Shown piece by piece: positions 59,363 through 64,000 of a stretch of 64,000 nucleotides of DNA. Under the pieces are notes generated by a model, which did no database searches, had not been told where the DNA came from, and worked only from the letters and a program-made list of their open reading frames with translations. The stretch comes from Pseudomonadota bacterium. Lineage in GTDB: Bacteria; Desulfobacterota; Desulfobacteria; Desulfobacterales; RPRI01. Every line of letters starts with the position of its first letter. The first letter of the stretch is position 1. A program made the position numbers and the translations under genes. The stretch covers positions 96,001 to 160,000 of the forward strand of contig JBDRRF010000076.1 in NCBI GenBank assembly GCA_043825875.1. Reading direction: 5' to 3'.

Positions 59363-60244
59363 TTATACCTCAAGCCATGAATCCGAGTACAGAGTCTTGC
59401 CAAGAATTACATTAGTAGTCTTGACATAATCCTGCATTTCTTTTGAAAGACTTGCCATATCCGGCTCATTGCCATCCATGGTTGCATAGATCAGGTCAAT
59501 AATATCCTGACGTTTGCCTTTTGCAATTTCAGTCAGTTGCAAGTCAAGAGGATCCGAAATAACCGAATACATACCTTTTCTTCCAAGCATAACCATGTAT
59601 GTCTGATTCAGAATAGGACGCAGATGAACCGGCGGTCCATTTGAAATATTTGACAAACCACATGTGCTCTTTGCACCTGGAGCTATATCTTCGATCATTG
59701 CCTGAAACTCCATAAGGCTGATAAGCTGAGGCTGCTGGATATTAACAGGTGTTACTATGCCATCTACCCAGATTTTTTCATTCGGAATACCTGCTTCATT
59801 TGCAGCATATAAAAGTTCTACACAAAGTGCGGCGCGTTCATTCTCATCACGAGGAAGACCGTCAGGTCCCCACATGAGCGCTATAAAATCCGCATTATAC
59901 TCTGCTGCAAGAGGAATCATTTTCTCATATCTCTCAGGACGGCACATGATGGAATTGATAAGAGGCGGAAGTTTACAAACTTTTAAAGCCGCTTCAATTG
60001 CGCCTATGTTTGATGTATCTAAGACCAGAGGAACATCACTTACTACTTCCTGAACCACTTCAACAACCCATGGCATAAGTTCATGACCGTCTTTTTTTGC
60101 CGGCCCAAGATTTATATCGATATAATCCATACCCTTTTCTTTTTGAAAAAGAGCCTCTTCCTGGATCGGTTTCGGATCGCGTTCTTTGAAGGCCTTCCCG
60201 ATCTTTTTTGAAATAACATTTAAGCTTTCACCAATAAGTAACAT
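59363..60244 (-). CDS. acsE: Methyltetrahydrofolate:corrinoid Fe-S protein methyltransferase
   Basis: IGESLN, IDIN.G, LDTSN, INS and GLSNISNG pterin-binding TIM-barrel motifs; lies in the acs cluster. Confidence 0.9.
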   Translation of the reverse strand: MLLIGESLNVISKKIGKAFKERDPKPIQEEALFQKEKGMDYIDINLGPAKKDGHELMPWVVEVVQEVVSDVPLVLDTSNIGAIEAALKVCKLPPLINSIMCRPERYEKMIPLAAEYNADFIALMWGPDGLPRDENERAALCVELLYAANEAGIPNEKIWVDGIVTPVNIQQPQLISLMEFQAMIEDIAPGAKSTCGLSNISNGPPVHLRPILNQTYMVMLGRKGMYSVISDPLDLQLTEIAKGKRQDIIDLIYATMDGNEPDMASLSKEMQDYVKTTNVILGKTLYSDSWLEV

Positions 60245-60326
60245 ACGACCTCCCCGTTTATTTGCTAACGGTTGTTAATGGCAGCGGTTCTCCTGTTTGC
60301 AAAAGAAAACCGCCACCTTCTTATTA

Positions 60327-61667
60327 TTACATTGCCTTCAAAAATGCCGGAATATGTGCTGCTTCACGCGGACCAACCATAATTTTCCATCCGGGAAGCT
60401 CTTCTTCCATATCACCTGCAATTGCTGCAGCATAGCCAGGAATAATAATCTGCTGATGCTTTACCTTGTCAGTAATACCACTCTTTTTAACGAATACTCC
60501 GACATCATCGCCCGAAAATTTTCCGGCAGCCCATGCAGTCATAACCGAAAGGCCTTCTGAATCTTTTATCAACAACCATGCAGGAACCTTACTGCTTTCA
60601 ATTTCACCTGAAACGATAAAATAAGTAAGAGCAAAATTTGTTGTAATAAGCACGGGTGAATTTTCATCAGGATTCCCGATCGGATAAATTCCCTCTGTTA
60701 CAGTCATCGGTCTTTGTGGGTCAGTGAATATATTGAGTCTTTCAAGAAGAAGAGGAAATACGCTCTCGCTCTTGAAATCAGACATCACTACAATACCGCC
60801 ATATTTGGCTACATGCGTTGCAGCAATAAGAGTTTCCATATCAAGGTTTGAAGCCATCTCACATGGAAATGTTATTGTCGAAAAACCAAGAGATCTGTTT
60901 CCTGATTTAAGAGCTGCACGTCTTATAGCAACCAAATCTTCTAACGACTGCTTAATTTCTCTTGAGCCCGGATCAACTATAAGGTCTTTTAAACCCATTC
61001 CGGTCAGCTTATCAGTCAGAGGAATCAAGCCTTCAACGGAATTTGCCTTAACTGCAAGAGGCAGATCATTTGCTTTTGCTATCTCACCCATTGCATCAAC
61101 ATTGCCTTCTGTTGCAGCATATATTAAAGGTTTCTTAAATTTACATGCTTCTACTCCGGCTTTAATTACATCTGCGTTTTCACTCATAAGAATGAGATTG
61201 AATTCGGAAGTTTCGGCAATTAATTTTGCCTTCTTTGCGAATTCTTTTCCATCCCCTTTTGCATCCTTAAGAGCAATAATTTCAGGTCTTAAATTCAATC
61301 CAACCCTTTCATACTGAAAAGCATTCCAGACTTTAAGCTTATCTTTAAGCTCTGCATCCTTAATATCAGAATTAACAAGAGCAGCAAATGCTGTCGGGTT
61401 GAAAAATGTTTTTTCATGGCGGTATTGTACAGTCTCACCACCGGTCGTAATCGAACGGACGCCTTTACCAACAACAACAGGCCGTATAGGAGGCGCTGAA
61501 GCCGCTGAGAGTTGTTCTTTAGCTTCGTCAGAAACATATGGACAGCTATCAAGCTCAGCCTTGCCGGATGCCAAGTTCATGGCAAATGCAAGGCATGTGG
61601 GAACGCCACACTCCTTACAGTTGGTTTTTGGCAGGAGTTTGAATATCTGAATACCAGTTAATGCCAT
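60327..61667 (-). CDS. acsC: Corrinoid iron-sulfur protein large (gamma) subunit
   Basis: LPKTNCKECG.PTCLAFA...CPY, TDPQRP, TNFALTYF, SVMTAWAAGKF and GPREA motifs. Confidence 0.95.
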   Translation of the reverse strand: MALTGIQIFKLLPKTNCKECGVPTCLAFAMNLASGKAELDSCPYVSDEAKEQLSAASAPPIRPVVVGKGVRSITTGGETVQYRHEKTFFNPTAFAALVNSDIKDAELKDKLKVWNAFQYERVGLNLRPEIIALKDAKGDGKEFAKKAKLIAETSEFNLILMSENADVIKAGVEACKFKKPLIYAATEGNVDAMGEIAKANDLPLAVKANSVEGLIPLTDKLTGMGLKDLIVDPGSREIKQSLEDLVAIRRAALKSGNRSLGFSTITFPCEMASNLDMETLIAATHVAKYGGIVVMSDFKSESVFPLLLERLNIFTDPQRPMTVTEGIYPIGNPDENSPVLITTNFALTYFIVSGEIESSKVPAWLLIKDSEGLSVMTAWAAGKFSGDDVGVFVKKSGITDKVKHQQIIIPGYAAAIAGDMEEELPGWKIMVGPREAAHIPAFLKAM

Positions 61668-61723
61668 TTTTATCTCCTTATTTAATTAAAATACAAAAAA
61701 TTCTTATTTGCCGACTTTTTCAA

Positions 61724-63937
61724 TTATCCTAACAGCGAAGGCATGGTAAGAGCCGGGTGTCCAACTTTCTGAAGAAAAGGCATAATTTCTTCTTCGGTGA
61801 TTCCAACTGTCTCATCAGCGATCATATCATACAGATTGGGATATCCAAGCGCTTCCCCTCTTTTTATTATTCTGTCTTTGATCTCTTCTTTCAGACTCTT
61901 TGGCATCCAAACCATTCTTAATAGCCCACCATCACCTATGAGAAATTTTCCCTGAGTGATATTAAATTTTGAATGTCCCACAAATCCGGGAGATGATGCT
62001 CCTCCACCCATGACACCTGCCAGTGTAGTGAACTTCATACCACATGGTGTTTCACCCGAGTAGTCACGGTGAACAGTCATAACTCCGTTGCATGTAGGTA
62101 ATGTGGCTGCAATAGCTTCGCAGCAACCGCATGTTGTCATCGGATCTTTAATCATCGAGTAGAAATTATAGTGTGTAACAGCGCCTCTTGAGGCCTTGAA
62201 TACAAAGTCATTAACACCCTTCCATTGTCCAAGAACCGGATCAAGACATTCGCCCTTTTCAATCGGCTGATTTGGGCCGGTCGGATTAATTTCAAAAGAA
62301 GCCTTGCAGTCCATCCAGTTATATGCTCCACAAAGGCCTGTTCTTTCGGGGCTTACCGTACAAACATGGTTTGGAGCAAAAGACTGGCAAAGAGTACATG
62401 AATAATATGTTTCAACCGATTCATCGGTCATCTTTTCAACGCGCTCATCTCTGGTCCTGTATTCAGCTCTCGCACGTTTTGCTAGTTTTGCAACATCTTC
62501 TTTCTTTGTGTAAAGCGTTACCTGAACCTTGTCCACTATTTTCTGGAAATCCTGGTGGAACTTGGCATGAAGCACAACACCGATGTCTTTAAGAGAAAAG
62601 CCCTTGTCTACCGCTGCCTTGCTTACACGAACCCATGCAATATCTCTTTGTCCGATATGCATTATGCTCTGTATGTAGTTTACAAGGTGATGAATCTGAC
62701 GTTCTAAAATCGGCTCAAAATCGGCCTGGAATTCACGGCCGGCAATCTGAACATAGATTCCGAGATCAAATGATGCACCCGGCTTTACGTCTTTGATGTC
62801 AGGTCCGATAACTTCGACCTTGCCGTCTTCAATTTCATTCATCTCTGCCATTTTGACAAGCTCAATTGCCGTGCTCTTGCCACCACCCATCTGGCAGTAA
62901 AGATCGGCGCCTCTTACACGCTCGCCTTCATAAGCAGGACCAAAAGAGCATGGAATATCTATCTTTGAAACAGTTACCTTGAGGCCTCTGATTTCAACTG
63001 ATCTCTGCACCATTTCATCGTGAGGTACATTAGCCACAACATGCTCATATGTACATATACCGGTTGGAAGAATCTCAGGAATATCCGTATCTGCAAGAGT
63101 CGGAAAGCCCCAGTTAACACAACCTGCTGCTGCTGCTGCCCATTCGGCGTTAACATCGCCAAGAGCGTTAACGAAAGCAAAAACACGGTCCTTATTATAA
63201 AGAAGCATGCGCTTGTAATCACCCGGCTTGATTCCACCAAATGCCATAGCAGCCCTGTTTGCAAAACCAAGTGCAAAAATAGCTGAAGAGATATCAGGAC
63301 CGAAAGGCACTATTCTCGTATTCCAGCCTATCTGTACTCCAGCTTCAATAAGCTGTTCAGCAACTGTTGTTCCGTTCTGGTTTGCGGCCAGGAAGATATA
63401 AAGACTTCTTTTCTGGTATTCTTCAACAATTAATTTCGCAGTTTCCGGATCAGGTGCAGCACCGACAATAGCTGCAAATCCGGGAGCAGAGCCATCAACA
63501 AACTCAACGCCTCTTTTTCTGAAAACAGTGTCGTCCGCTGCTCCCAGCCATATTTTTCCTGCTTCCTGATCAATATCTTCGGAATGAAGATAAAAATCGG
63601 GAGTATTTAAATATCTTATTGCTTCTTCAATTTCAAAAGCAAAAAGGGCTGCCATACCTGCATCAAGAAGAGGTCCAAGATAAGGAAGATGATGGCTTCC
63701 TTTTACATGGGGAGGCAAAAGACCTCTTGCAAATTCCAGGGGTTTTTTCATGTCTTCAAGGGTTTCGACTTTCATGCCCAGAAGAGAATATATTACCGGA
63801 AGGTAATAAGCCGTATTGGGAAACCCGACTTTTGTGTCGGCACTATAGGTTGCAAGGGCCTTTTTGTATATACCTTCAACCTTTGATACTATATTATATC
63901 CGCCCTGAATGGCGGCAAATGCTACTAATCTTGACAT
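61724..63937 (-). CDS. acsB: Acetyl-CoA synthase (CODH/ACS beta subunit)
   Basis: FPNTAYYLP, ERQIHH, YSCTLCQSFAPNHVC...LCGA and PMTTCGCCE motifs. Confidence 0.96.
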   Translation of the reverse strand: MSRLVAFAAIQGGYNIVSKVEGIYKKALATYSADTKVGFPNTAYYLPVIYSLLGMKVETLEDMKKPLEFARGLLPPHVKGSHHLPYLGPLLDAGMAALFAFEIEEAIRYLNTPDFYLHSEDIDQEAGKIWLGAADDTVFRKRGVEFVDGSAPGFAAIVGAAPDPETAKLIVEEYQKRSLYIFLAANQNGTTVAEQLIEAGVQIGWNTRIVPFGPDISSAIFALGFANRAAMAFGGIKPGDYKRMLLYNKDRVFAFVNALGDVNAEWAAAAAGCVNWGFPTLADTDIPEILPTGICTYEHVVANVPHDEMVQRSVEIRGLKVTVSKIDIPCSFGPAYEGERVRGADLYCQMGGGKSTAIELVKMAEMNEIEDGKVEVIGPDIKDVKPGASFDLGIYVQIAGREFQADFEPILERQIHHLVNYIQSIMHIGQRDIAWVRVSKAAVDKGFSLKDIGVVLHAKFHQDFQKIVDKVQVTLYTKKEDVAKLAKRARAEYRTRDERVEKMTDESVETYYSCTLCQSFAPNHVCTVSPERTGLCGAYNWMDCKASFEINPTGPNQPIEKGECLDPVLGQWKGVNDFVFKASRGAVTHYNFYSMIKDPMTTCGCCEAIAATLPTCNGVMTVHRDYSGETPCGMKFTTLAGVMGGGASSPGFVGHSKFNITQGKFLIGDGGLLRMVWMPKSLKEEIKDRIIKRGEALGYPNLYDMIADETVGITEEEIMPFLQKVGHPALTMPSLLG

Positions 63938-64000
63938 ATGTTCCTCCTTCGTTGAGGATTATTCTAACCTCAGTATTAAATATGCAAACATGCCGCAATT

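Noticed and set aside
60327..61667. Mercury methylase HgcA
   Set aside because: Has SVMTAWAAGKF instead of NVWCAAGK, no TM domain, and sits in the acs operon.
1..64000. tRNA (including tRNA-Sec), rRNA, riboswitches, integron integrase
   Set aside because: None recognised by eye; a covariance-model scan would be needed to exclude small RNAs.

Overview
AT-rich chromosomal window from an anaerobe whose gene content and repeat style point to a Desulfobacterales-like deltaproteobacterium (inference). Left to right: (1) pgaA and a partial pgaB (PNAG export/deacetylation). (2) A minus-strand C1/redox cluster: PAS kinase, HTH-REC regulator, divergent metF, FdhA/NuoG-like subunit lacking the Mo/W ligand, NuoE-like subunit, NuoF-GltD fusion, metV, metF. 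(3) A KamA-like radical SAM gene convergent with a selenium cluster: double-cubane-type reductase, its ATPase activator, Sec-containing selD, yedF. (4) A tungsten AOR plus ferredoxin. (5) An accessory zone at about 26.5-48 kb: attC-like sites with toxin-antitoxin and HEAT cassettes, group IIC intron scraps, a Mu-like CI/Ner remnant, a CHASE2-SH3-M48 triad, a decaying sigma54 flavoprotein operon hit by IS200, a PEP-CTERM gene with three phased enhancer boxes, a Fic gene with phased upstream repeats, and a YqhG/YqhH-like SNF2 pair. (6) Housekeeping genes (panE, tgt, ettA, IscU-like) and a flavodoxin-like gene split by an in-frame UGA (candidate selenoprotein). (7) acsB-acsC-acsE-DUF3786 of the Wood-Ljungdahl pathway. 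Four copies of a 142-164 bp palindromic MITE are dispersed through the window. I saw no rRNA, tRNA or CRISPR array. All family calls come from motif recognition by eye; no searches were run.
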